A stretch of DNA of 64,000 nucleotides from Candidatus Hydrogenedentota bacterium (GTDB lineage: Bacteria > Hydrogenedentota > Hydrogenedentia > Hydrogenedentales > SLHB01): assembly GCA_045863335.1 (NCBI GenBank), contig BTVY01000018.1:1-64000 (forward strand), given 5' to 3'. The notes under the pieces were generated by a model. It ran no database searches. It saw only the letters and a program-made list of their open reading frames with translations, and was not told the origin of the DNA. Positions 18,169 through 28,077 of the stretch are shown in pieces. The first letter of the stretch is position 1. Each line of letters begins with the position of its first letter. The position numbers and the translations under genes were made by a program.

Positions 18169-19622
18169 TGCGTGCCGCCGGACAAGAACCCCTTTGGGGT
18201 CACGGCAGGCGGCTCGTACTCGAAGGGTACCTCATCCGGCACGACGTGCACCTGCGTCGTTACTTTCAAGGGGACGGGGCCGCCCACCGGGTAGGTAAGT
18301 TCCACGAAGAAGGCAGTCCACCCTTTTTCGGGTTCCGGCACCCGGGCAATATACACGCCGTTGCCCTGATCCTCCAGGAGCGTGCTGGTCCACACTTTTC
18401 CGATAGTATCGACGCGAAAGTCGCGCGCGTCCGGATTGGTCGCCTGCCAGAGACGTACAGCACTCGGCTTGTCGACGACGATGACGCGGATGGAATCGTC
18501 GTTCGCGAGGGACCAGCGGAAGCGCGGGCGCGGCGTATCGTTCAATACGGTCCCGTAGAAGGCCATGAGCGATTCCACGGCATCCGTATCGTCCAGCGAG
18601 TGGTCGGCGTTGGGCACATAGCGCAGATAGGTTTCGCCGGGCAGATTCTCGTAATAGAACTGGGCGGAGTCGGGCAAGAAAAACTGATCGCCCGTGGCGT
18701 TCATGAGGAGCTTCGGCATCGTGTACCGCGAGCGGTACTCATAGGGTTCCACGATCTTGAGCAGCGATTCGTATTCCGGAGTGCCCATCCAATCCATGAT
18801 TCCCATCTCGACGTAATCGCCTACGGCAGGGGCCCAGAATCCATAGACTTCCCAGTGGTGCATGAATGAGGGAACGACGTTCAGCATGTCGATCACGATG
18901 GGCACGATGGCCACCACGCGATCATCGACCGCGGCGGTGGTCCATGTGGTCCAGCCGCGCTTGGAACCTCCGGCCACGACAAACTGGTCGACGGTCGCGT
19001 TACCACCTTCGGGACTTGCCAGGACAGAAGTGACGGTATCCATGGCGCGAACGGCGCTCTTGGTCATGGGCAGGCGCGCCGGCCAATTGTCATCGCCGGT
19101 CCGCATGTACTTGTCCCAGGTGTACGCGATAAGCGAATCCTCGCTGCGGCCTTCCGTTTCGCCGGAAAAGACGAGGGGCTGATTGGGAACTTGTCCCAAT
19201 TCCGCGACCGCCGAACCGGTCGCCAGCGCCACCTGAACGAGTCCGCCGTCCACCCCGTCCGGCGCAGGCCGGCCATTACGACCGCCGCCGATAAACAGCA
19301 GGCCCGTTTGGGTCTTGAGTTCGTCGGGTTTGATGATCGTCAGCCAGTGTTTCCATTCGGTTCGATCCACTTCGTCCGGAGAACGCCAGGACTGCGAGGT
19401 GAGGTCGATGACGAAAACGGAATACCCTTCACCGTCAATGGTCTTTTCGATGCTGTACGTGTAAGAAGGGTCCGATTCCGCGACGTAACGATCGAGTGCG
19501 GTCTGCTCCGTGCCGGGGGCGCCGGGCAACCCGAGGTTGGCGCAACCTGCCAGAGCGATCGCCATGCATGGGATTAGCCAAAGGACTATCCGTCGCGAAG
19601 CGCGAAAGAAACTGTTGCTCAT
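18165..19622 (-). CDS. PqaA-type (PhoPQ-activated pathogenicity-related) alpha/beta-hydrolase-like lipoprotein
   Basis: Lipobox LAGC; LTSQSW, VPNQP, LPMTKS, GGSKRGWTTW, GDQFF and PNADH. Confidence 0.85.
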   Translation of the reverse strand: MSNSFFRASRRIVLWLIPCMAIALAGCANLGLPGAPGTEQTALDRYVAESDPSYTYSIEKTIDGEGYSVFVIDLTSQSWRSPDEVDRTEWKHWLTIIKPDELKTQTGLLFIGGGRNGRPAPDGVDGGLVQVALATGSAVAELGQVPNQPLVFSGETEGRSEDSLIAYTWDKYMRTGDDNWPARLPMTKSAVRAMDTVTSVLASPEGGNATVDQFVVAGGSKRGWTTWTTAAVDDRVVAIVPIVIDMLNVVPSFMHHWEVYGFWAPAVGDYVEMGIMDWMGTPEYESLLKIVEPYEYRSRYTMPKLLMNATGDQFFLPDSAQFYYENLPGETYLRYVPNADHSLDDTDAVESLMAFYGTVLNDTPRPRFRWSLANDDSIRVIVVDKPSAVRLWQATNPDARDFRVDTIGKVWTSTLLEDQGNGVYIARVPEPEKGWTAFFVELTYPVGGPVPLKVTTQVHVVPDEVPFEYEPPAVTPKGFLSGGTQ

Positions 19623-19734
19623 GGGACTCTCCTCTGCTCGTGACCGAAAGGGTTAACCTATGTGCATGATGAATCATCGAACAATCGCATGATCCGCGCG
19701 AATTGTCAACCGGCTAAGGGACCGCCGCAGCGAT

Positions 19735-20427
19735 CTACGCTTGCCTGGAATCCTGCGCGCGGCACGCAAACGTGAGCAAGCGCCACGCAACGGCACCAGA
19801 GATTGCGAGCCAGAATGCCGCCCAAAACCATGCGGGCAGCCAGGTCGCCTCGGCGAGCAACGTCGCGTCGGAGACTTGATCCGTCCCATGACGAAGCAGG
19901 CCGAACAGATCGACGAGCACATAGAGGCAACTCGTCAAACCAATCGTCTTCAATGTGATGGCGCTCACGTGCTTTGGCGCCCGGACGGCGCAGGCCAGAA
20001 GGGCCACACCGGCCACGAGGCCAAAAAGGAAGCCTCCGGCGAGGACAGGCCGCACCCATAGTAGGGTGACGGCAATCAGCACGAGGGCCATTACACCGAG
20101 CGTGTATTGAGAACGGTTCCAGCGGACGGACAGCACCAAAAGGGTCCCGCCACACAACACACTCCCGACGTAGCCCGCGGACAGGATGACAAAGGGCCAG
20201 CCGCCCCTGGTTATGCATAGCCCGCCTCCACCCGGCGCGATCTGGATTTCGACGATGGATCCACCAGTCACCAGCGCCGCGATTCCGTGGCTGATTTCGT
20301 GGAAGAACACGACAAGCGTGCGAAGGGGGAAAAGGAGTACTGTGTCCCAAAGCAGTGCCGCAACGAGAACGATTGCAAGGAGAACGGCTACTTCGGGCCA
20401 ACGAATTCTCGAATACCCTGTTGGCAT
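19735..20427 (-). CDS. Peptidase M50B-like membrane protein
   Basis: VFFHEISHG (HExxH), SAGY, SDA..LA; multiple TM helices; start uncertain (20427 or 20478). Confidence 0.8.
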   Translation of the reverse strand: MPTGYSRIRWPEVAVLLAIVLVAALLWDTVLLFPLRTLVVFFHEISHGIAALVTGGSIVEIQIAPGGGGLCITRGGWPFVILSAGYVGSVLCGGTLLVLSVRWNRSQYTLGVMALVLIAVTLLWVRPVLAGGFLFGLVAGVALLACAVRAPKHVSAITLKTIGLTSCLYVLVDLFGLLRHGTDQVSDATLLAEATWLPAWFWAAFWLAISGAVAWRLLTFACRAQDSRQA

Positions 20428-20850
20428 TGGTCCCACGAGTGCTATTGGATAACCGTATTGGAACGCGACGCTGGGCACGATTATGCCGAATATTAAGCGT
20501 GCAATTCACGATAACGCTCAAGACATAAGTGTGCGGATTGATTGTCACTACACGGAAAACCCCGTTCCCATGACTGAGTTTTCCTTACATGACTATACTC
20601 TTCCACACCGACGGTTCAGATTGCCAAGGCACTCCGGCGAAAGAGCTTAGCGGTGCGTGGGCAATCGTCGCCTGCCCGCAAATCGCGCTTATTATCCATA
20701 TTGGTACACAAATTGCTCTAAACACCAAAAATCAGAATTTGTGGTATAGTGCCCACTGTAATCGGTGGTTTGTGGGTATGTTTCGGAGCAGCGTGGTCTG
20801 GGGATTGGGAAAGCCCTGACGCTGCAAGGCGCATCGAGGAGGGGATCGTT

Positions 20851-22431
20851 ATGCGTATTGCTGCAGCCGCAGTAGCAGGCTTGCTTATCGCCATGGGGGC
20901 CTATGCAGACTTGCAAAACGTCGAGGTCGGTGGCGAACTTCGAATCCGGGGCCGGTACTGGTCCAACACCTATGTAGGGACGGCAAGCGGTCCACGAGAA
21001 ACACGCATTCCGGACTTCTTCGTACCGCGACGGGCAATCGGTCCGTTCGGACTCGATAGCCGTTTCGATTGGGACGGCAAAGAGTCCGACATTCGTCTGA
21101 TTGAACAACGCACCGATATCGACGTGCTGGCGGATTTCACGGATAACGTGAAGGCGTATATCCAGCTCGAGAGTTTCGATCTCTGGGGAGAAGAGTTCCG
21201 CTCCGATTACATCACGGGGCTGGATTCGCGGGCATCGACCCGCAATGACGTAGAGGTTCTTCAGTCCTGGATTGAGGTGGACAATCTTCTGGATCAACCG
21301 TTGACGCTGCGTATTGGGCGCCAGCCGCTGAAGTTTGGCAAGGGATGGCTCGTGGCCGATGCGATTGCGGCAACGTTGAACATCTCGTACGACGGGGTAC
21401 GGCTCACCTACGAGACGGACGATCTTCAAATCGACGCGTGGTACACGAAGCTCTTTGAGGGCGGTGTGTCCGAACAGGACGGCGACGTAGACTTCTCCGG
21501 CGTGTACGCGACGTACCGCGGCATTCCGCACCTTTGGGCGTCCTTGTACTGGTTATGGGTTCGCGATTCGCGCAGTCTCAACGACACCAATTTCATCGCC
21601 CCGATTGAGCGTCTTGAAGACTTCTTCAATCTTGATGATTACGATGCCACCAATCTCCACACGGTCGGTGGCCGTCTGTGGGGCGCATACAGCGGTTTCG
21701 ACTATGACTTGGAACTCGCGTATCAGTTTGGCGAAGCCGATGCGGCCGGTTTCGGATTCAAACCCGCTTCGCAAATCTATGGTGATGACGGCGCGGAGTA
21801 CGCGAATTGGGGTGGCGACCTGGAGCTGGGTTACAGCTTCTCCGAAGTGCCCTGGCATCCCCGGTTGTTCCTGGGCGGCGCGTATTTCTCCGGAGAGGAC
21901 AACCGGGACCTCACGTTCGGCGAATGGCTGAACCCCTTCGATCGTCCGGAGGCAAGCGTGTCGTTTAACCGGTTGTTCTCGTACTCGGTGTATTCCTGGC
22001 TTCTGGACACGGGCCAGGATCTCTCGAACTTTCATCAAGTGCGCGCCGGTGTGGAGATGTACCCAACGGACAAGATCACCGTGCATCTGAACGCGGCGTA
22101 TTTCGGAGTGAACGAACCGTTCGACCGGCCGCGCACGGTTGCCTTCGGCAACTGGCATATCCCCGTGGCACCGGCACTGAGTTTCTGGACCGAGGAAGCG
22201 GACGAAGACCTGGGCACGCGCCTCTACATGTGGATTCGATACAACTACAGCGATGACCTCTGGTTCCGGGTCGGTTGGGAGCGGTTGTTTACGGACGACG
22301 GCGCCGCGCAGGGAAGTTTCGTCAATCGGAATGGCCTCGAATTCAATGGAGGAACGGGCCGGGAAGACGCGGATTACCTGTTCTTCGAGACCGGGGTTAA
22401 TTTCGGCGGCGCGGATCACCGCTATCAATAG
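20851..22431 (+). CDS. Alginate-export-family outer-membrane beta-barrel protein
   Basis: Signal peptide, ADLQNVEVGGELRIRG, RIGRQ..G.GWL, amphipathic beta-strands; RBS GAGGAGG before ATG 20851. Confidence 0.8.
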   Translation: MRIAAAAVAGLLIAMGAYADLQNVEVGGELRIRGRYWSNTYVGTASGPRETRIPDFFVPRRAIGPFGLDSRFDWDGKESDIRLIEQRTDIDVLADFTDNVKAYIQLESFDLWGEEFRSDYITGLDSRASTRNDVEVLQSWIEVDNLLDQPLTLRIGRQPLKFGKGWLVADAIAATLNISYDGVRLTYETDDLQIDAWYTKLFEGGVSEQDGDVDFSGVYATYRGIPHLWASLYWLWVRDSRSLNDTNFIAPIERLEDFFNLDDYDATNLHTVGGRLWGAYSGFDYDLELAYQFGEADAAGFGFKPASQIYGDDGAEYANWGGDLELGYSFSEVPWHPRLFLGGAYFSGEDNRDLTFGEWLNPFDRPEASVSFNRLFSYSVYSWLLDTGQDLSNFHQVRAGVEMYPTDKITVHLNAAYFGVNEPFDRPRTVAFGNWHIPVAPALSFWTEEADEDLGTRLYMWIRYNYSDDLWFRVGWERLFTDDGAAQGSFVNRNGLEFNGGTGREDADYLFFETGVNFGGADHRYQ

Positions 22432-22483
22432 AGGGGGGGCGCGGACCGTTTGACGGTTGCTTACGCGCCAAGGGAGACGAAAT

Positions 22484-24475
22484 ATGTTTAAAAAGATGAC
22501 ACTTTCAATGCGAATCCTTTGCGGATTTCTGGTCGTTGTCGCCATCGCAGCGATTCTCGGGTTCTCGGGCTGGCGGGGCATGCGTTCCGTGGCCGAACAC
22601 GTCAGGCTGTCGGATGAGGGCTTTGCCATCGTGGCCGTGCTCGATGAGTGCGGGTTCTTGCGACGGGATTTTGCGCTGCACGGCACCGAGCTTTTTGGCG
22701 GTAATACGAAGAACGCAGCCGAACTTTGGAAAGACAAATACGCAGAACTCGCCGGCATGCTTCAAAGCTTGAAAAATGACCCGGGATTGGATGCCGACGA
22801 AAAGAAGCAGATCGAAGAGGCCATCGTCGTCAGCCAGCAGTATGAGAAAGATTTCGCGGAAGAGGAAGCCGCGCAGAAAATGCGGGACGATGCATTTGCC
22901 GAATGGGGTCGCGTCGGTTGGGACGTGACCGAAAGCATCGGGTCCGCACAGAACGACACCATCGCGCCGGCCATGGCGAATGCCCAGGCTCAAGCCGATC
23001 CCGTCGCGATAGCGCGCTGGGCCGGTATCGGCCAGGGTTTACAGAGCAATATCGTGGAACCGTTCTTGTTGCTTCGCATTCGGGCGATGTATCTCATCGC
23101 CAAGGGCGGGGATATCCAATACGAGGAGTATACGAAACAGTTGGCCGCGTTGCGCGAAAGCACGGCGAAGTGGGCGGCGTCCGTCCAGGGCGAGGCGGCC
23201 CTCGAGCAGGCGGCGACGACAATTGACGGGTTGATCGGGGAGTACGAGCGCGCGGGCGCGATGTACTATGAAGGCCTACTGAAACAGCGCGAAGCGGAAG
23301 TGGCGATGGCGGCATCGGCAGGCGGCGTCCTTGACAAGATCAAAGCCGTACAAGAGAATCTGAACGAGGCGAAACAGGCCATCATCACGCGTACTATTGG
23401 TCTGACCACGATCCTGTCACTGGGCGGCGTTGCGGTCGGTCTGTTGCTGGCCTACTTCATCGCGCGCAGCATCAGCAAACCCATTAACAACGCTATCACG
23501 CAGCTGTCGGAAGGATCGCATCAACTGACGTCCGCCGCGGACCAGATTTCCACGGTGAGTCAGGAACTGGCGGGTTCGACGAGCGAACAGGCGGCCTCTC
23601 TGGAAGAGAGTTCGGCGTCGCTGGAAGAGTTGACGTCGATGACGCACCACAACGCCGACAACGCGAATCAGGCCAACAGCATGGCGACGGACGTGCGGAA
23701 AGCGGTGCAAGACGCGCAGACGGCCATGGAGCGCATGTCCGCGGCCATGGGCAAGATTCGCACCTCGGCCGACGAGACGGCGAAGATCCTGAAATCCATC
23801 GACGAGATTGCGTTCCAGACAAACCTCCTGGCGCTTAACGCGGCGGTTGAGGCAGCCCGCGCGGGTGAGGCCGGTAAGGGATTCGCCGTCGTAGCGGAAG
23901 AGGTCCGCGCGTTGGCGCAACGAAGCGCTGAGGCGTCCAAGAGTACGGCGGCGTTGATTGACGAGTCGCGCGGGAATGCCGAGAACGGCGTCCATGCGTC
24001 GACGGAGGTGGCGCAGATCCTGACGCGTATCGACGACGCGGCGGGCAATGTGGCCCAATTGATTGCAGAAGTGAGTGCGGCGTGCCGCGAGCAGAGTTCG
24101 GGTATCGACCAACTGAATACGGCGGTTTCCGAGATGGACAAGGCGGTGCAGTCCAATGCTGCGAGTTCCGAAGAGTCCGCCTCGGCCAGCGAAGAGCTGA
24201 GCGCGCAGGCCCGGGAAGTCGGCGGCGTGGTGATGGATCTGGCTGCGTTGGTCGGAGGCCATGGCGCATCGGCCGGCACGATGACGAGAGCGACCTCACC
24301 GCGACGACCTGCGAATCGCCCGAAAGCTGCGCCAGTGGAGCGCCGCAGAGCAAGCCATCCGGCTCTTCCCAGCAGTGGCAGGCAGAAAAGCGCCGCTGGA
24401 TCGAAGGCTACGTCCCAATCGAGTGCGCCGGAGGACGTCACCCCACTGGATGACGACGATCTCTCGGATTTTTAG
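22484..24475 (+). CDS. Methyl-accepting chemotaxis protein
   Basis: Two TM helices flank a large periplasmic domain; signalling hairpin [37 protein letters not shown]. Confidence 0.95.
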   Translation: MFKKMTLSMRILCGFLVVVAIAAILGFSGWRGMRSVAEHVRLSDEGFAIVAVLDECGFLRRDFALHGTELFGGNTKNAAELWKDKYAELAGMLQSLKNDPGLDADEKKQIEEAIVVSQQYEKDFAEEEAAQKMRDDAFAEWGRVGWDVTESIGSAQNDTIAPAMANAQAQADPVAIARWAGIGQGLQSNIVEPFLLLRIRAMYLIAKGGDIQYEEYTKQLAALRESTAKWAASVQGEAALEQAATTIDGLIGEYERAGAMYYEGLLKQREAEVAMAASAGGVLDKIKAVQENLNEAKQAIITRTIGLTTILSLGGVAVGLLLAYFIARSISKPINNAITQLSEGSHQLTSAADQISTVSQELAGSTSEQAASLEESSASLEELTSMTHHNADNANQANSMATDVRKAVQDAQTAMERMSAAMGKIRTSADETAKILKSIDEIAFQTNLLALNAAVEAARAGEAGKGFAVVAEEVRALAQRSAEASKSTAALIDESRGNAENGVHASTEVAQILTRIDDAAGNVAQLIAEVSAACREQSSGIDQLNTAVSEMDKAVQSNAASSEESASASEELSAQAREVGGVVMDLAALVGGHGASAGTMTRATSPRRPANRPKAAPVERRRASHPALPSSGRQKSAAGSKATSQSSAPEDVTPLDDDDLSDF

Positions 24476-24497
24476 TGCGTAAATGTGAGCGGTGACG

Positions 24498-24538
24498 CGC
24501 GGCGCCCGGAGCCCGGCTTCGGGCGCCGCGTTTCATTT
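24498..24538 (+). terminator. Rho-independent terminator after the MCP
   Basis: CGCGGCGCCCGGAGC-ccg-GCTTCGGGCGCCGCG followed by TTTCATTT. Confidence 0.7.
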
Positions 24539-24670
24539 GCGCGAACGAGCCGTGCTTCGTACGGCAAGACTCCACCACCCACTAGGTGTGGGAGTCCTTT
24601 CGATTTCCAAACCATATGGTGTATGCTGTGGCTGCGTCGTGTTGAGGGGTTGGGCAAGGTTACAATCATC

Positions 24671-25597
24671 GTGAGCGCCATCGTTACCGAGAATCTGGGA
24701 AAGACCTATCGCTCATCCGTATGGAAGAGTACCGTACGGTCTCTTGACGGACTGTCGCTCACGGTTGGCGAGAACGAAGTCTTTGGATTCCTCGGACGCA
24801 ACGGCGCGGGCAAAACCACGACCATCAAGATCCTGTGCGGCCTGATTCGTCCCACCGATGGCATGGCACGAATTCACGGCGAGCCGGTTCGCAAGCGCGC
24901 GGCGCGGCGGTCCATCGGCTACCTGCCGGAGAACCCGTATTTCTACGAGTACCTTACCCCGCGCGAAACGCTCGATTTCTATGGCCGCCTGCACGGCTTG
25001 AGTCGCAACGAACGTGCGGCGGAATGGGAGAAGCTGTCGGATCTCCTCGACCTGCGGGAGATTGCAAATCAGCGCGTGCGTGGGTTTTCCAAGGGTATGC
25101 GGCAGCGCCTCGGGTTTGCCGTGGCGCTCGTTGGCGATCCATCGGTCCTCATACTGGACGAGCCCATGAGCGGCCTCGACCCACTGGGCCGCCGCGCAAT
25201 CCGAGAGTTGATCCTGAAAATGAGGGATGAGAAGAAGACCATCTTTTTCAGTTCCCACGTCCTTGGCGACGTGGAACAGGTTTGCGACCGGGTGGGGATC
25301 CTGGTCAAGGGCAAACTGATGAGCCAGGGGCGGATCGCGGAGTTGTTGACGGAGAAGATCCGCCTTGTGGAGGTCATTGCGAGCGGGATCGAGGACGGCG
25401 TCGTCCAGGAGTTGCGCGCGGCGAGTGAAGCGTATCGCGCATCGGAAGCGGGACACCATTTCACGGTGACGGACCTCGTGAGCGCGAACGGGTCGATCAA
25501 GAAGATACATGCCGCAGGTGGTACCCTCGTCGATTTTGTCCCGGTCAAGGAATCGCTCGAAGATTTCTTCGTGCGCATCCAGGAGGGCCATTCATGA
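24671..25597 (+). CDS. ABC transporter ATP-binding protein (PilH-like)
   Basis: GRNGAGKTT, FSKGMRQR, LILDEP, SSH; probable GTG start at 24671. Confidence 0.92.
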   Translation: MSAIVTENLGKTYRSSVWKSTVRSLDGLSLTVGENEVFGFLGRNGAGKTTTIKILCGLIRPTDGMARIHGEPVRKRAARRSIGYLPENPYFYEYLTPRETLDFYGRLHGLSRNERAAEWEKLSDLLDLREIANQRVRGFSKGMRQRLGFAVALVGDPSVLILDEPMSGLDPLGRRAIRELILKMRDEKKTIFFSSHVLGDVEQVCDRVGILVKGKLMSQGRIAELLTEKIRLVEVIASGIEDGVVQELRAASEAYRASEAGHHFTVTDLVSANGSIKKIHAAGGTLVDFVPVKESLEDFFVRIQEGHS

Positions 25598-26355
25598 GAG
25601 TCCTCGCCGTCGCGCAGAATACCTTCCGCGAGGCCGTCCGCGACAAGGTTCTCTACGTGTTGCTGTTCTTTGCCGCGTCGACCGTGCTCGGTTCGAAGGC
25701 ATTGGGATGGATTAGCATCGGGCAGGACATCAAGATTGTCAAGGATATTTCGTTGGCGGCGGTGTCTGTATTCGGCGTGCTGATCGCCATCTTCGTGGGC
25801 ACCAATCTGGTGTACAAGGAAATCGACAAGCGCACCATCTACACGATCATCTGCCGCCCCATGGCGCGGTACGAGTTCATCCTCGGCAAATATTTTGGAA
25901 TGGCGTTCCTGCTCGCGGTCGTGACCGTGGTGATGACGGCGGTAACGGCGGTGTACGTGTTGTCGCTGGGCGGCACGCTGGATTTGACGTTCTTTCTGGC
26001 GGTGGTGCTGATCTACTGGGAACTCCTGTTGATCACCGCGCTGGCCGTGTTGCTGTCGTCGTTGACCTCCCCCATTCTCGGGGCGCTCATCGTGTTCTCC
26101 GCGTTCATCGTCGGCCACGCGACGGGGATCCTGATCGACTTGCCGGAACATTTCGATGGCACCGTGGCGGAGAAGGTATTGGCGCTGGTCTATTACCTGT
26201 TGCCCAACCTGTCCAACTTCAACATCCGGGCCGAGGCGGCCAACGGCGTGCCCGTGGCGCCGGCGTACGTGCTCTGGGCGATGACCTACGGCACGGTGTA
26301 CACGGCGATACTGCTCGTGCTGGCGAGTCTGGCGTTCGAGGATAAGGACGTGTGA
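25594..26355 (+). CDS. ABC-2 type permease (PilI-like)
   Basis: NTFREAVRDK, EIDKRTIYTI, FILGKY; about 6 TM; ATGA overlap with the ATPase gene. Confidence 0.88.
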   Translation: MRVLAVAQNTFREAVRDKVLYVLLFFAASTVLGSKALGWISIGQDIKIVKDISLAAVSVFGVLIAIFVGTNLVYKEIDKRTIYTIICRPMARYEFILGKYFGMAFLLAVVTVVMTAVTAVYVLSLGGTLDLTFFLAVVLIYWELLLITALAVLLSSLTSPILGALIVFSAFIVGHATGILIDLPEHFDGTVAEKVLALVYYLLPNLSNFNIRAEAANGVPVAPAYVLWAMTYGTVYTAILLVLASLAFEDKDV

Positions 26356-27368
26356 TGGCGCGCAAGCTCGCCATAGCGGCCCTCGCGCTCGCGATTGGCA
26401 TCCCGTGCGTCGCCATTTCGCAACACCGGATCGATGCTATGCGCGAAGAAACCTTCGATCACGAGTTGCTCTATCTTCCCAACGAGCGATTGCTCAATTC
26501 GTTTACGGCGGGGCTCAGCAGCGTCGTGGCGGACCTCCTCTGGCTCCAATGCATTCAGTATACGGCGGAGGAGTTCAAGGGCGACTTCAAGTTCGTCTGG
26601 CTCGACCACATGTTGCGGACCATCACCCGGCTGGACCCCTATTTTACGGACGTGTATCAACGCGGGGGCGTGCTACTCGCCATGCTCAAGCACGACGACG
26701 ATGCCAGCATCGAGTTGCTGAAGAGCGGGATTCCACACAACCCGACGCGCTGGGAACTGCCCTTCGAGATTGGGCGGACCTACATTTTGAACCGCAAGGA
26801 CAACGTCAATGGCGCGCGGTATCTTGCCATGGCCGCCGCCACAGGCGACCCTCCGCCGTTCGTCATCGAATGGGCGAAGAACACGCAGATGCGCCATAAC
26901 CTGTACGACGTGGAGCGCGGCATGTGGCTCGACATCGCGGAGAACAGCGGCGACGAGAACATGCGCGAAACGGCCCTGCGGAAACTCACCGAGGTCTCCC
27001 TGCGGGAAGCCTGCGACGCCCTTACGAAGATCGTCGAGCAGTATCGCGCCGAAACGGGTACGGTCCCCGGCTCGATTGACGAACTCGTGGCCAAAGGCGT
27101 GCTGGCGGAAGCTCCCCAAGATCCGCTCGGTGGTAAGTTCCTCATCCTGGCCGACGGCCGGGTCCTTAGCACGACGGTCCTGGATAGCATCAAACAGGAA
27201 CGTCTCCAACTGCTGCGAGGCTGGATCGATAAGTACCAACGCGAACAAGGCCACTTCCCCCCTTCCCTCGACGCGCTCGTCGACGCCGGCATCACGCCCG
27301 GCCTCCCCAGCCACCCGTTCCCCGGCGGCCAGTGGGAGTACGATTCGGCAACGGGAGACGTGGGGTAG
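26352..27368 (+). CDS. PilG/XapA-like TPR protein with C-terminal pseudopilin-like repeats
   Basis: ADLLWLQCIQY and LDPYF..VY..GG motifs, then two P.S(I/L)D.LV..G...P..P..G modules. Confidence 0.65.
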   Translation: MMARKLAIAALALAIGIPCVAISQHRIDAMREETFDHELLYLPNERLLNSFTAGLSSVVADLLWLQCIQYTAEEFKGDFKFVWLDHMLRTITRLDPYFTDVYQRGGVLLAMLKHDDDASIELLKSGIPHNPTRWELPFEIGRTYILNRKDNVNGARYLAMAAATGDPPPFVIEWAKNTQMRHNLYDVERGMWLDIAENSGDENMRETALRKLTEVSLREACDALTKIVEQYRAETGTVPGSIDELVAKGVLAEAPQDPLGGKFLILADGRVLSTTVLDSIKQERLQLLRGWIDKYQREQGHFPPSLDALVDAGITPGLPSHPFPGGQWEYDSATGDVG

Positions 27369-27459
27369 AGAATTTCTCGCGTCGGCACCCCCAGGCCACT
27401 ACCCGAGTTTTTCGCAACACAGGAAGCGTTGGGGGCAACTCAGGTAGAAGATTTCCGAA

Positions 27460-28074
27460 TTACTGACCCAGGTAGGCGATGATTGCATCAGAAATTTGTT
27501 CCGCCGTTTTGTCGTTGGGCTGAACCACGTTTTCCGCCCAAGGACGTCCTGGATGAAGCGTATCCCACGCGGATTTTTTCTGCGATTGCCGATTCTTCCC
27601 TTGGTCGTGATGACCAAACCCATCCACAAGATGGTTCCACACCGGCTTGAACAAATCTATGAGCAATGATTCGCCGAGAGGAATCCAAATATCGTCGACG
27701 AGAAGATAGCGGCATCGAAAGTCTGTTAGTTCCAGATTGCGAGCTTCACGGATGGACGCGGCGTGTTGCGATATTCTCTGATGCAAGACGAATTTGGGGT
27801 CTACACCCAGACCATACCCTCCTTTTCTCGACCCTTGTGGTACGGCCTTTCCGACATAGATGGGTATGGCATTGGGGTCTTCCGGGGGAATTTCAGTTAA
27901 CCGTTTATAAGCAGGAAAACCGCCTGTGTAGTAAATTGCATAGATCCCGGCTCCTTTGAACCTTTCGGGAGGTAGCGGCACAACGGGGCGCGTTAGCAGG
28001 TGATCCCGGACGCTGACACCCAGATTGGTCTTATCAAGGGGATTGAAAACATCGTTGCTGAGAGGCACCATCAA
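27460..28074 (-). CDS. Eco29kI-family GIY-YIG restriction endonuclease
   Basis: GAGIYAIYY, PIYVGKAVP.G.RKG, R...H..SI, WIPLGESLLI..F.P.WN..DGFG.HD, WDTLHPGR.WA. Confidence 0.9.
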   Translation of the reverse strand: MMVPLSNDVFNPLDKTNLGVSVRDHLLTRPVVPLPPERFKGAGIYAIYYTGGFPAYKRLTEIPPEDPNAIPIYVGKAVPQGSRKGGYGLGVDPKFVLHQRISQHAASIREARNLELTDFRCRYLLVDDIWIPLGESLLIDLFKPVWNHLVDGFGHHDQGKNRQSQKKSAWDTLHPGRPWAENVVQPNDKTAEQISDAIIAYLGQ

Positions 28075-28077
28075 ACT

